Shown here in pieces: positions 32,548 through 44,400 of a stretch of 64,000 nucleotides of DNA. The DNA lies in the NCBI GenBank assembly GCA_963788195.1, contig CAWBGA010000002.1, forward strand, positions 192,001 through 256,000, written 5' to 3'. Source of the stretch: Nitrospirota bacterium (GTDB lineage: Bacteria > Nitrospirota > Nitrospiria > Nitrospirales > NS-4). The translations under genes and the position numbers were made by a program. Below the pieces are notes generated by a model. That model worked only from the letters and a program-made list of their open reading frames with translations, was not told the DNA's origin and made no database searches. Each line of letters begins with the position of its first letter. Position 1 is the first letter of the stretch.

Positions 32548-35500
32548 TCAGACGCCTTCAAGACGGAGAATGTGCACACGACCCGAGGTTTCGCCTGCAA
32601 CAATTGTGTGTCCATCTTGACCCACAGAACAGGAGGTGATTCCCCCGTCGCCGTTAAAAGTCGCAAGCAATTTTCCACTCGTCACCTCCCACACCCGCAG
32701 GGTGTCGTCCTCTGACGCAGAAATCGTGTACCGGCCATCCGGCGTGATGGTCATCCCGCTGACCAAGTCCGTGTGGCCGACCAACCCCCGCACCTCTCAT
32801 TCCCGTGTCGACGTCCCATACTTTCAACGTATCATCGTAAGACGCAGAAATTGCGTACCGGCCATCCGGAGTGACGGCTACCGCCCTCACCCAATTCGTG
32901 TGGCCGGCGAGAGTCCGCACTTCGGCTCCCGTGTCGAGGTCCCACACTTTCAACATATCATCGTAAGAACCCGAGATCGCATACCGACCGTCAGGTGTCA
33001 CGGTTAGCGCCCTCACCCAGTTCGTGTGACCCGTGAGAGTCCTTACATCCGCGCCTGTATCCACGTCCCACACTTTCAACGTCTGATCCGCGGACGTGGA
33101 GATCGCATACCGGCCGTTGGGAGTCATGGTTACTGAATTGACTCCGCCTGAGTGGCCACTGAGGGTCCGCACTTCTGCTCCGGTGTCGACGTCCCACACT
33201 TTCAGCATGTGATCAGCAGACGCTGAGATCGCATACCGGCCGTTCGGTGTTACCGTCACCGCGCTGACCGAGTCCGTATGGCCGGCGAGAGTCCGCACCT
33301 CCGTCCCCGTGTCCAGGTCCCACATTTTTAACGTGTGATCGTAAGACGCCGAGATTGCGTAGCGGCCGTTGGGCGTCACGGCCACCGCCGTGACCGTAGC
33401 CATGTGACCTGTCAGGGTTCGCACCTCAGTCCCGGTTTCCACATTCCACACCTTTAATGTGTGGTCGTAAGACGCTGAGACCGCATACCGGCTGTTTGGC
33501 GTCACGGTCACCGCCGTGACCTTCGCCGTGTGGCCCGCGCGGCTCAGTTCCTGCGCTTTCGCCGTATCGAGGTTCCACACTTTCAAGTGTCTCATCAGTA
33601 GACGCCGAGATCGCATAGCTGCCGTTGACCGTCAGGGTGACAGCGTTGACCGAGTCTGTGTGGCCCAAGAGAGTTTGCAACTTCGTCCCCGTGTCGATGT
33701 CCCACACGTTCAACGTCTTATCGCTGGAGGCCGAGATCGCGTACCGGCCGTCCGGCGTAACGGCCACAGCATTGACCGCGCGCGCGTGGCCGGTGAGAGT
33801 TCGCACGTGTGTCCCTGTCTCCACCTCCCACACTTTCAATGTCTGATCGTCAGATGTAGAGATCGCGTACCGGCCATTGGGCGTCACGGTCACGGCACTG
33901 ACCGATCGCGTATGACCGATGAGAGTCCGCACCTCTAATCCCCGTGCCAATGTCCCATACCTTTAAGGTCTGATCGTTGGACGCTGAAATCGCGTACCGG
34001 CCGTCCGGTGTCACGGCCACCGCATTGACGGCATCCGTGTGACCGGCAAGGGTCCGAACCGGCGTCCCTGTGTCGAGGCTCCAGATTTTCAACGTTTCAT
34101 CGTAGGACGCCGAGATCGCGTAGCGCCCGTCGGGTGTCACGACGACTGCACTGACCGAGTCCGTGTGCCCGGAGAGAGTCCGGATTTCCGTCCCCGTGGC
34201 GAGGTCCCACACTTTCAGCGTGTCATCGTAGGATGCCGAAATCGCGCACCGAGCGTCGGGGGTCACGGCCACTCCTCGCACCCAGCTCGTGTGGCCCGCG
34301 AGGGTCCGTACTTCCGCGCCCACGTCAACATCCCATACTTTCAAGGTGTGATCATCAGAGGCGGAAATCGCGTACCGACCATCCGGCGACAGTGCGACCG
34401 CCGATACCGACAGTGTGTGGCCCGCGAGGGTGCGCACGAGTGCGCCGCCAGGCGGTGTAAGCATTGCGTTGAGGGGACGCAGCCATACAGAGCCCCGCCA
34501 TTGTGCGGCCTGATCCCTCAGGTGTTGAGTGGCCTGGGAAGCGTCAATCGGCAATCGCCCCAGTAGCTGTCCTGCGAATTGGCTTTTGTCGCGAGCCAGC
34601 ACATGCGCCGACAGCCGAATCGCCCCACAGGGTAGAGACAAATGAACATCATCGACAAGAGCGTCATAGTCGTTGATCAAATCTGCAATGTTTGTCGCCT
34701 GAAGCTTGGCGTTGATCCATCCAAAGTCAGTGAGAAGAGTTCGTAACTCATCTTTTCGCCCTGCCTTCAGAAGGTGGTAGTCGAGTCGCTGGAAGAAATA
34801 TCCATCGTTGGCGCCTTTCTCCCAATGCCCTCCTGATTTCTCAAAGTACGCGTCAAGCAAAGCTTGGTTCAACCCGCTGGGATCTGCTTGCGCAGCCTGC
34901 AGGTAATCGTATTGCAGGTGATGCATCGTAATGTGACGACCTGGAGACTCGCCGGTCACTCGTATCAGAGCCGTGCATTCGAGCGTCGTCAGGAATTTTC
35001 GTGCGTCACGGTCCTTCATCGCGCCCGTATGGTGCCACAAGGTCACAATCGCGGCCTCCGGAACTACAGCATTGCCGGGAAAGACCGCCAGTTCATGGTA
35101 CCGAGTCGCGGCGGATGGCTCTGTCCGGGTCAATACATCCACGCTCACCTTTAACGACTTCATCACATCGGAATAGGGATAGTTGGGAAAGGTCTTTTCC
35201 AAAAAGCTCAGGTCCGCTTCGCGCAATGCGTCCAGGAGATCGGCCCAGGGAGTGCCGTCGCGCACCATCGCTCCACACAGGGACAGCGCAAACGGCTGGT
35301 TGCCGCACTCTTTAATAAGGAGAGGCGCCTGTTCCGGCAGCTGCTTGAACAGGTTGGCCGCACCAACCTGCCAACAGCTTGAGGGCCTCTGCATCATTGA
35401 GGACGTCTATTTGACACGCCTGGGCGCCCACCGCCGTCACTAATCCGCGATCCCGTGTGGTGAGCAGCACGCGACACCGGGGACCGATGGCATTTATAAA

Positions 35501-36379
35501 CGGCTCTGCGCTGGACACGTCCCACATGTCGTCAAGAACGAGCAGACAGTTCTTGTCCGCCAGCACCTGTACCAAACGGCTCTTGGCGGAAGTGATATCA
35601 ATATATTGAGCCGGATTATCGTCGAACGCCAAGCCGACCTGCCGCATGTTTTGTAATAGGTGCGGCTCCTGTCCTATGGTGAGCCACAGGACCCCGTCAC
35701 TAAATGCTCGCCGCGTATGCGTCGCACGAGCAAATGCCGCGGCCACGACGGATTTCCCCACCCCCGCCATTCCCTGGAGCGCGGTCGTTTGCTTGCGAGA
35801 CGTCACGACGGTTGGCTGTTGAATATCGAGAAGCACCGTCTTTCCGATTGCCTCAATATCCTCAAGTCGAAGCAGGAAGTAAGGTGGCAAAGAGGGGACG
35901 AGCGTCAGGAGCCTTCCCGGCTCCACAACCGGCGTCGAAAGAACGCGGAGTAATTCGTCCAGTGCCTCCTGGTAAGGGCGGGACTCACGAAAGTCCGGGG
36001 CATGCGATTTAGACAGACTGCTGGAATCGACGTAGCCCGCCTCAGGCAGCATCGATACCGCGCCCTTGCTGAAGTACTGAGCCCAATCCGGATATTCGCC
36101 TTGTCGGAGAATCGGCACAATGCCTTTGCTGAACAATAAGGCATGCTCCCACTCGGCGCGCACGTATTCGGACGTAAGGGCATGGGGGCCGATGACGGCA
36201 ATGACACGGTTCGATCCTTCGATCGCATCACGGATTTCCTGCAAAAAGGTCAGGCCCCGGCTCTCCATGGCCTGACGATCCCACCACACGTCGATGCCGT
36301 GTTGCTTTAAATCCTGATAGAGCTGTTTGACAAACGGCTCGTCATCGCCGCGCGCATAGGAGATAAAAATTCCGGCCAT
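32548..36379 (-). CDS. TIR - NB-ARC - helical domain - WD40 (about 15 repeats) NLR-like protein, split by about four frameshifts
   Basis: IFISYA...SEYVRAEW (TIR); GMAGVGKS, LLVLDD, LLTTR, MHHL (NB-ARC); GH...WD repeats of 42 aa. Confidence 0.9.
32660..34440 (-). repeat. 126-bp coding tandem repeats (WD40), 14 well-conserved units
   Basis: Consensus EVRTLxGHTxxVxAVxVTP(D/N)GRYAISASxDxTLKVWDxxTG. Confidence 0.92.
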
Positions 36380-36530
36380 CCCTGGTCCCCTGCGCTTGAG
36401 TAGTCCTCTGGAGCCCCGGAGAGATTGATCGGCGCAATGCTAGCAGCTTTTGAGAAACATGTCAGGAGGGAAAACAGTACTAAAAATTATGGGGTTCTTC
36501 GCTAGTGCTCAGGATAATGAGCGGGGCTCG

Positions 36531-36834
36531 TCATTTAAAGAGCTTTAGGACTCCGCCCAAAAGTCCTTCCTTGCGCGATAACTGCTCCAGCTCGCCGGCA
36601 TCCAGCCAGATCCCCTCGCAGTTCATGCAGCGGTCGATCTTCACGCCCTTGAGATCCATTTCGACCAGAGACTGCCCGCATTTGGGGCAGTGCATAAAAT
36701 GCAGGTCCTTGAGCCGTTGCTTCTCCTCGGATGCCATGGACGATTGCGTGGCTTCGGCTTCACGGCGTCTTTTTTCGATCATCTGGCGCGCGAAATATTC
36801 TTCTTCTTTCTCACTGAGTTTATTCAGATCCCAT
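36531..36834 (-). CDS. zf-TFIIB-type Zn-ribbon protein
   Basis: EEEYF, MHCPKCG, IDRCMNCEGIWLDAGEL; start probably hit by a 1-nt indel. Confidence 0.82.
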
Positions 36835-36855
36835 ACGGTTTCTCCAGAGTAATGA

Positions 36856-37089
36856 TCATTGCTGGCGATTAGCCCGGCGCGCGCGAATGACCAGGAAGAG
36901 TGAGCGACCACCTTGAAACAAAACATAGATAAAGAGGCCAAAAAAAACCGCGTTCCATCCGATGTCCTGCCACTGTTTGGGGGAAGGATCGTGCAGGACT
37001 ACCCCAAGCGCGACATGACCCCCTAGCCCGATGCTGAGAGCAAAAATGATCCATTCTCTCGCCCACACCGCTTTTTTTTCCTGTTGCAT
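36856..37089 (-). CDS. Small two-TM membrane protein
   Basis: WAREWIIFALSIGLGGH...FFGLFIYVLFQ. Confidence 0.6.
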   Translation of the reverse strand: MQQEKKAVWAREWIIFALSIGLGGHVALGVVLHDPSPKQWQDIGWNAVFFGLFIYVLFQGGRSLFLVIRARRANRQQ

Positions 37090-37258
37090 TGAACCGTATC
37101 CCTGTAAAGACCCTCCTTTATTGTACCTGCCGGTCCTCGATCTTGCCAAGGCACATTCTTTTTCGGAAAGCGGCCCGCCAGAAGTGCATGCGGTTTCGAA
37201 ACGGGGACAGATTTATTTTTCGAAGGTAGGCGCCGGCAGGACCAAGGGGATCTGGAAT

Positions 37259-39296
37259 CTAGCCAATCAGCGATGTGGGATCGACATCCACATCGTACCG
37301 TAGCTTGCCCGCACGGCCTTCGGCTTCCACCGTGACCAGTGATTTTCGAACCGCTTCCCTCATGCGCGGGCCATCTTCGCCTTTGACGATAAGTTGACGT
37401 CGAAACCGGCCACGAAGTCGGGGAGGCAACGCCGGGATGGGGCCGAGTAGTTGTATTGAAGAAGGTGCGCTTTTCACCTACGAGCTTCTTGATTTCCAGC
37501 CGTAGCGCCGTTGCCCAACGCTCGGCAGCTGTGGCAACGGCCTCATCCCGTATCCCTGTCACACGTAGGCCTATGAGCCGGCCAAAGGGAGGATAGCCCA
37601 GTGCTGCGCGCGCAGCGAGTTCGCTGTCATAGAACACCGAAGGATCGTGGGCGGCGAGCGCGCGGATGACGTGATGATCCGGCATATACGTTTGAATTAT
37701 GACCTCGGCGGTCAAAGTATCTTCGGGCGCGAGGGTCATCACCTCTCGCAAAGTATGATATGCACGCTCTGCAGCCAGAAAATCCGGCTGGTGCAGAGCT
37801 GTATCCGGCGCCAAGATGCCGATGAATGAGAACACGGGACGGGGGACGACGGTCAAAACCAGTTGCGTAGCGATAAGAATATCGTAGTCGTTGGCCTGAA
37901 AATGAGCCGACAGCCCGGCGTCCTTCGTTTTTCCGCGAGCGCCGGCACGCTCTACGCGTAGAAGCCGGGCCTGTGGGAACCGACGCTGTAATGCCTCTTC
38001 AGCCGCTTCCGTTCCCAGGCCGGAGGGATGGAGACGAGGTCCTCCGCAGGCCGGACAAACCGACGGCGCTATCTCCTGCTGCCCACAGTGACTGCAGCGC
38101 AACATGGCCTCTTTTTTGTGAAAGGTCCAACCCAATCCGCACGCCGTACAACGCAGGGCTTCTCCGCAATCGCGGCAAAACAGAACCGACGCGTAGCCCT
38201 TCCGATTCAGAAATAGCAAGACTCTCTGGCGAGCCGCGAGGCGTTGCGCAATGGCCTCCACCATCGGGGCAGACAAGATCTCGCCGGATGTACCGCGCAA
38301 GTTTATGGTGCGGACTGGCGGGAGGCTCCTCCCCGTACCGGGACCCAGCCAGGCCGTCCCGGGATTGTGGGTGGCGTGCACGGATTCCAAAGAAGGATGA
38401 GCGGACCCCAACAAGAGCACCGCTTGGAGTTCGCGCGCGCGCTGCGTTGCGACCACACGGGCATCGTATCTGGGAACATTTTCAGCTTTGTAGGCCCCAT
38501 GATCTTCCTGGTCAATGAGCAGCAACCCCAGATCCACCACCGGCGCAAACACAGCCGAGCGGGTACCGATCACAAGCCGCGCCTCACCTCGCTGGATTCT
38601 TGCCCAAGAATTTCTTCGTTCGGACATCGAAAGCTGGCCGTGGTACGTTTCGCTTGGCACTTTACCGCCGTCGGAAAGTACTCGCCGAAGTGGCTCCACC
38701 TGATGGATCTCCGGCACTAAAACCAACGCGCTTCGCTGCGTTTGCAACGTGGTACGTACCGCCTCCATATACAATTCGATGAGATCCCGGGTGGAACCAG
38801 GCAGCAAAACAGTATGGTGTCGACGGTCCCCAATGGCCGTCAGGACTTCGTCGCGAAGAGGCGCGAGGACCGGCGAAATTACATGCCCGTCGGTAAGAAC
38901 GGGTACGGGCGCCGGCGGGGAAGACTCCATCTGTGGAGTGGCCGCCCGGGTCTGTTTTTCGACCTGGCTGGGGAACACCAGGCGCAGGCACTGTCCTAGA
39001 GGCGCCAGATAGCGGTCGGCGACCCACCTGGCCAGGGCCAGGAGTTGCGCGCTGACGACGGGCGTGTCATCGAGGCGGGCAAGGATAGGCTTGAGATGCT
39101 TGCCGGCACTGTCACTATCCGGCTCTGACGTGACGCCGAGTATATAGCCTACGAGAATTTCGGAGCCGAAAGGAATGCGAACGCGCATGCCCGGTGCCCA
39201 TGGCCCGGGAAGGCCTTCAGGTATCGAATACGTAAACACCCGGAAAAGACGACGCGGGACAGCCACCTCGAGGTACTGGCGCTGGAGCGTGGGCAA
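37259..39296 (-). CDS. priA: Primosomal protein N' (PriA)-like with degenerate helicase motifs, frameshift near 37460
   Basis: FTYSIP...GMRVRIPFG, GTRSAVFAP, FLNRKGY, four CxxCG, YPPFG, DVDP end. Confidence 0.88.
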
Positions 39297-39309
39297 GTGC
39301 GAAAAGGAG

Positions 39310-39621
39310 CTACGGGGTTACTATTTTAAGCGCTTGATATTTGCCTGCCGCGACCTGAAATTCAACTGTCACCTTGTCGCCTTGCGTGAGATCTTGAAGG
39401 GATCGACGACTTCCGCTGAAGGCGGTGGCGCTGTCAACCACGAAGGTGAAACGATTGCCGTCGGGTTTCTTCACCGTCAGTTTTTTTGCCGCCACGTCGA
39501 CCTTCAGTACTTCACCGGCGAACTGTTCTGCCGCGGACACGACTGAAGACATGGCCAGCCACAGGAACACGCTGAGCACAATTGCGAAGCGGTTGCGTTG
39601 GGAACAAGCCGGTTGCTGCAT
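39310..39621 (-). CDS. Small secreted OB-fold-like protein
   Basis: Signal peptide; GEVLKVD...LTVK...DLTQGDKVTVEF. Confidence 0.7.
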   Translation of the reverse strand: MQQPACSQRNRFAIVLSVFLWLAMSSVVSAAEQFAGEVLKVDVAAKKLTVKKPDGNRFTFVVDSATAFSGSRRSLQDLTQGDKVTVEFQVAAGKYQALKIVTP

Positions 39622-39629
39622 AACGCAGG

Positions 39630-40493
39630 CTATCGGACCTCCTCCGGCGGACGGATCTCAGTGTTAGGGTCAGTATTAGGGTCCTGCACGGGCGGGCTGG
39701 GCCTACGAAGCAATCGGGTGACCAGGTCACCACGGTGAACTGCATCGATGCTCTTCACAATCATGGTAGTGGCACTTCGTTGCTGCACAGAAAGGACTCT
39801 GAGCTCGGCCAATGCGTAATCAGGCAAGAAGGTTTTCCTCGATTCGCGGGAGCCTTTACGAATCACTTTCAATCGATCCCCGACCTCAAGGCCGTCATGG
39901 GCACCCAGATCGATATAGACGATTTCGCCTTGCGCCGTCAACTCTCCGCCTTCCTCAGATTGAACGACGGCTCCCGTAATAGGTTCGTCGGACTTGCCTG
40001 CTTCCGGCACCTCGGACGGGAGCTCATAGAGCATAACGGTATCTCCCGGCTTCAGGGCGTCGAGAGGCTGGATCACACGGGCCTCGGCCACCCGGTCCTT
40101 CGGTTCCGAGGTGACCTCCAGGATTCCGAGAATCTTGACGACCCGGCCCATATAGGCGTTGGTGAGGGGGTGAAAGACCACCTTAGTCATGCTGTACGCA
40201 GTCAGCCAGTCTCCCGGGCGAACATCGAGGTTTCGTATAAAACGAATGTAGAGGGTGTCGCCCGCGCCAAAGTAAGTCTTTGCTTCGCGCGCTCCGATGA
40301 CGGAGCCGACGACCTTTTCTACCGGGATGATATAACCCCCCTGAAAAGCCAAGGCTTGATCGCTGGTGGGCCGCGTACGGTGGAAACTAGTGCCCTCAGC
40401 GGCCATGACGGAGGACGATAACAGGACGCTTGCGAGGAGAAACAGTGTTGCCTTCAGGTAACCAGGTGACATTTCAAGGCGGATCGTGCTCAT
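39630..40493 (-). CDS. Secreted protein, FlgT C-terminal / TsaP-like beta domains
   Basis: Signal peptide; GDTLYI, VFHP.T..YMG, VYIDLG..DGLEVGD. Confidence 0.6.
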   Translation of the reverse strand: MSTIRLEMSPGYLKATLFLLASVLLSSSVMAAEGTSFHRTRPTSDQALAFQGGYIIPVEKVVGSVIGAREAKTYFGAGDTLYIRFIRNLDVRPGDWLTAYSMTKVVFHPLTNAYMGRVVKILGILEVTSEPKDRVAEARVIQPLDALKPGDTVMLYELPSEVPEAGKSDEPITGAVVQSEEGGELTAQGEIVYIDLGAHDGLEVGDRLKVIRKGSRESRKTFLPDYALAELRVLSVQQRSATTMIVKSIDAVHRGDLVTRLLRRPSPPVQDPNTDPNTEIRPPEEVR

Positions 40494-40580
40494 GAGAGAC
40501 CTCCATTTACAGATGTACGGAGCATAACAGATCCGGTAATCATGTCAATGTTTTTACTTAATTGACGAGGGGTTAGCAAG

Positions 40581-41096
40581 GTGTTACGGTGCGGCATGCG
40601 ATGGCTTCAAAGCACAGCACTGGCCTTGTTCCCGTGGGCGTTGGTCATGGCCTCTGATGAGGCGTCCAGAGGATCGACGGGCGATTTAGTGGTAGGAGCT
40701 CCGGTGTTCAGCCTTCCTCAGGAGCCGGAGGAATTCGATCGGCGAGAAGTGGAGGCATATTACGACTGGCGGAACAACTTATTTTTTCGACGCTTCAGCA
40801 TGTCCGGCAGCGAAGACCAAACGACTTTTATGACGGCCCGCCGCACGTATAAGGTCTCGGTCAACCGATATGGCTATGAAGTCGCGGTGACGTTTGCCAA
40901 TCCACTATTCTACTGGTTGGATCTGAATGGAAACGGAGAGTTTGAGACAGGGCAAGGAGAGATGTGGATCGATATCGAAGAGGATGGTGTTAACGGCAAT
41001 GAGAAACTGTATGATCCAATAGTCAAGGAAGACACTCCTCGCGGCCCCATCCCGACTCCTCCTATGCCTTTGCCGGGGCCACAACAGAGGCTGTGA
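40581..41096 (+). CDS. Hypothetical secreted protein
   Basis: 171-aa ORF, DLNGNG loop, Pro-rich tail. Confidence 0.65.
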   Translation: MLRCGMRWLQSTALALFPWALVMASDEASRGSTGDLVVGAPVFSLPQEPEEFDRREVEAYYDWRNNLFFRRFSMSGSEDQTTFMTARRTYKVSVNRYGYEVAVTFANPLFYWLDLNGNGEFETGQGEMWIDIEEDGVNGNEKLYDPIVKEDTPRGPIPTPPMPLPGPQQRL

Positions 41097-41591
41097 ACGA
41101 TGGCCAAAGATGACCACAGAACCCTGACCAATCAACCGGACCCCCCGGACTTCAGTGCATCTAAGCCGAAGCGTATTAGAACGCAAATTCATCGTCGGAC
41201 CAAGTCCTCGGGACCGCTCCGGGATCAATGGAGTCCTGCATCCGAAAATCCCTCCGAGGGGACTCTTAGGACCCCTTCCGATAGACGCGATAAGATGATG
41301 CGCCGGCGCCCGCGGGACCCTCTTTAGGGAACCCGCTTATCCGTCCTCCGATCTTGGGGCTTTTTGTAATTATCAGCGGGTTTTATGGGCGCTTGCAGGG
41401 GAAACGCATGCCGTGAGAGTCTAAGCACAGAAAAGTATCCCCCGGCGGCCTTAAATAATCATCAGGCCCGGGTCGAGCAAGCTCTGTTTCTAGGTCTTTT
41501 GCCCGCTTGCTTTGCATAAAATCGCGATGTTAGACTGCTTTTCGCTCGTAACAGGACAGTCACTAAGTAGCGAGAATAACTGAGAGAGCTC

Positions 41592-41975
41592 ATGCGGAAC
41601 GCTGACCAGCTTCTGCCGTATCTGTCTAATTATTTTCCGATTTTGGCGTTTATCGTGGTGGCGTTTCTGTTCGGCGTTGGCACCTTGGTGCTCAGCTACT
41701 TTGTGCATCCCAAACTGCCCGATGCAGAGAAATTGAGTGTGTACGAGTGCGGAAGTGAGCCATTTTCGGACGCGCGTATGCCGTTTCCGGTCCGGTACTA
41801 CATTATTGCCATGTTATTCGTTATCTTCGACATTGAAATCATTTTTCTTTATCCATGGGCGGTTGCGTTTGACAAGGTCGGCATCATCGGCATGATTGAG
41901 ATGACTATCTTTATCGTGCTGTTCGTGGTGGGTTATGTGTATGCCTGGAAGAAAGGCGCCTTAGAATGGGATTAA
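41592..41975 (+). CDS. nuoA: Complex I subunit A
   Basis: [19 protein letters not shown]. Confidence 0.95.
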   Translation: MRNADQLLPYLSNYFPILAFIVVAFLFGVGTLVLSYFVHPKLPDAEKLSVYECGSEPFSDARMPFPVRYYIIAMLFVIFDIEIIFLYPWAVAFDKVGIIGMIEMTIFIVLFVVGYVYAWKKGALEWD

Positions 41976-42496
41976 CTCCCCTTATCCAAGTCGGCCGTGG
42001 CCATGAGAAAGATAGCGGCCTGGGCATCCACCTGTTGACCCTCGAAAAGGCGGTCAATTGGGCCCGTAAAGGGTCGCTCTGGCCGATGACTTTCGGCCTT
42101 GCGTGCTGCGCGATTGAGATGATTGCGGCTGTATCCGCCCGGTACGATATCGATCGCTACGGCGCGGGGGTTTTTCGTGCGTCGCCCCGCCAGTCCGACC
42201 TCATGATTGTCGCCGGGACCGTATGCGTCCGCATGGCTCCCGTCATTAGAAAAATCTATGATCAAATGCCGGAACCCCGCTACGTCATCGCCATGGGGTC
42301 ATGCGCCACATCCGGGAACATCTATGACAGCTACAGTGTGGTCCAGGGCGTGGACCGCTTTGTTCCCGTGGACATGTACGTGCCGGGCTGCCCGCCGACG
42401 CCCGAAGCCCTGTTCGATGGCATACTGAAATTGCAGGAGGAGATCATGAAGCGGCGGGTCTTCTACAAAAAGCCTCCGGAATCGGTTCAGGTATAA
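41966..42496 (+). CDS. nuoB: Complex I subunit B
   Basis: [23 protein letters not shown]. Confidence 0.96.
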   Translation: MGLTPLIQVGRGHEKDSGLGIHLLTLEKAVNWARKGSLWPMTFGLACCAIEMIAAVSARYDIDRYGAGVFRASPRQSDLMIVAGTVCVRMAPVIRKIYDQMPEPRYVIAMGSCATSGNIYDSYSVVQGVDRFVPVDMYVPGCPPTPEALFDGILKLQEEIMKRRVFYKKPPESVQV

Positions 42497-42501
42497 CGAT
42501 A

Positions 42502-43000
42502 GTGCATCACGATCGCGGCGCAGATCCAGGAAGCCTTCCCCGGCGCGGTTCAGACAGCCGTGGAGTGGCGCGGTGATTTGGCGATCACAGTCGCGCGCGA
42601 TCACCTGCATAATGTCTGCCGCTATTTGCACGATGCTCCCGAGATGGATTTCGATTACATCGTTCATGTCAGTTCCGTCGATTGGCCGGATGAGCCGGAG
42701 CGATTCGAAGTGGTGTATGAGGCCTATTCGATCCGCCGCCGCAATCGCATTCGGGTGAAGACCAGGGTGCCCGAAGATGACTGTATCGTCGATTCTATGA
42801 CGGATATCTGGAAAGGCGCCGACTTCATGGAACGCGAAGTCTTCGACATGATGGGAATTCGCTTTCGCAATCATCCCAATCTCACCCGGATCCTGATGCC
42901 TGACGACTATCCTGAAGGCTACCCGCTCCGCAAGGATTTTCCGCTGAGAGGAAAAGGTTGGCGGGACACATTCACATTTATCGGTGAAAAACCCGCATGA
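42502..43000 (+). CDS. nuoC: Complex I subunit C (probable indel at the start)
   Basis: EREVFDMMGI, RILMP, PLRKDFP. Confidence 0.93.
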
Positions 43001-44247
43001 AGCCGATCTTCGAAGACCAGCGTGAGACGATCTACCACGTAGATCCGGAACACCCTGAAAATCCGGGTCTCCCGACCCTGCGCACCGAGGAGATGATGCT
43101 GAATATGGGGCCCCAGCATCCCAGCACGCATGGGGTGCTCAAAGTGGTCCTCGCGCTGGAAGGGGAGCGCATCGTGAAAGCCACGCCGGTCCTCGGGTTT
43201 CTGCATCGCGGCGTCGAGAAGCTGGCGGAAGACGGCACCTACCACCAGTTTATTCCTCACACGGATCGCCTCGACTACATCTGCGCGATGTACAACAATT
43301 TTGCTTACTGCCGTGCGGTGGAAAAGCTTGTCGATATCAAGGTGCCTCCTCGCGCTGAGTATCTGCGCACAATCGTCGCGGAGATCCAGCGGATTATCGG
43401 CCACCAGTTCTGGCTAGGGACGCAGGCGCTGGACATCGGCGCGATGACGGTGTTTTTCTACACCTTTCGCGACCGCGAAATCCTTTTGGACTTCTTTGAC
43501 GAGCTCTGCGGAGCCCGTCTGACGACAAGCTGGTATCGCATCGGCGGGGTCGAGCGCGATTTCACGCCCGAAATGATCGAGAAACTGCGTCGCTTTGTGG
43601 ATTATTTTCCTCCAAAGATCGACGAGTACGTGACGTTTTTGGAAACCAACCGCATCTGGCTTTCCCGGACAAAAGGCGTGGCGGTGATCTCGGCGGAGGA
43701 CGCGATCAGCTTTGGCTTGAGCGGACCGAGCTTGCGGGGCTCCGGGGTCGACTATGACCTGCGAAAGTTCGAACCTTATGGGGCGTACGACCAGTGTGAA
43801 TGGAGCGTGCCGGTCGGCAAAAACGGCGACACCTATGACAGGTACTGGATCCGGGTGGAAGAGATGCGGCAGAGCCTCAGCATGGTTCGGCAATTGTTGG
43901 AGAAGCTGCCGGATGGACCGATCATGGCAGACGTGCCCAGCGTCACTCTGCCGCCCAAGGAACGGGTGTTTAACGATCTCGCCAGCATGATTCAACAGTT
44001 CAAGCTGTTCTCCGACGGGTTCATGGCGCCACGCGGCGAGATTTATTGCGGGACGGAAGCGGCCAAAGGCGAGTTGGGCTTCTACATTGTCAGCACCGGC
44101 CAGGGGAAGCCCTATCGGCTTAAGATTCGGGCCCCCTCCTTCATTCATATGGGCGCCTTCGATTATATGGCTCGTGGGTATATGATTGCGGACGTCGTCA
44201 CTATTTTCGGGACGTACGATATAGTCATGGGCGAATGCGACCGTTGA
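42997..44247 (+). CDS. nuoD: Complex I subunit D
   Basis: NMGPQHPSTHGVL, LHRGVEK, DRLDY, GECDR. Confidence 0.96.
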   Translation: MKPIFEDQRETIYHVDPEHPENPGLPTLRTEEMMLNMGPQHPSTHGVLKVVLALEGERIVKATPVLGFLHRGVEKLAEDGTYHQFIPHTDRLDYICAMYNNFAYCRAVEKLVDIKVPPRAEYLRTIVAEIQRIIGHQFWLGTQALDIGAMTVFFYTFRDREILLDFFDELCGARLTTSWYRIGGVERDFTPEMIEKLRRFVDYFPPKIDEYVTFLETNRIWLSRTKGVAVISAEDAISFGLSGPSLRGSGVDYDLRKFEPYGAYDQCEWSVPVGKNGDTYDRYWIRVEEMRQSLSMVRQLLEKLPDGPIMADVPSVTLPPKERVFNDLASMIQQFKLFSDGFMAPRGEIYCGTEAAKGELGFYIVSTGQGKPYRLKIRAPSFIHMGAFDYMARGYMIADVVTIFGTYDIVMGECDR

Positions 44248-44255
44248 TAATGCAT

Positions 44256-44347
44256 TGTCATTCTGAGTGCAACGAAGAATCTAATCGAGATCCTTCACTT
44301 CGTTCAGGATGACAAGCAAAGGATTCAGGATGACAGGCGAAGTGTTC
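44256..44347. repeat. REP-like palindrome plus half-sites; uninterrupted equivalent of the IS110 target
   Basis: TGTCATTCTGAGTGCAACGAAGAATCT...AGATCCTTCACTTCGTTCAGGATGACA then TCAGGATGACA. Confidence 0.88.
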
Positions 44348-44400
44348 GGGAGGACGGGCTCGTGATACATAGGATTGCGAGCGGGCGATAAGGAAATGAA

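Noticed and set aside
32660..34440. Diversity-generating retroelement target
   Set aside because: No reverse transcriptase or template repeat is visible, and variation does not look adenine-specific.
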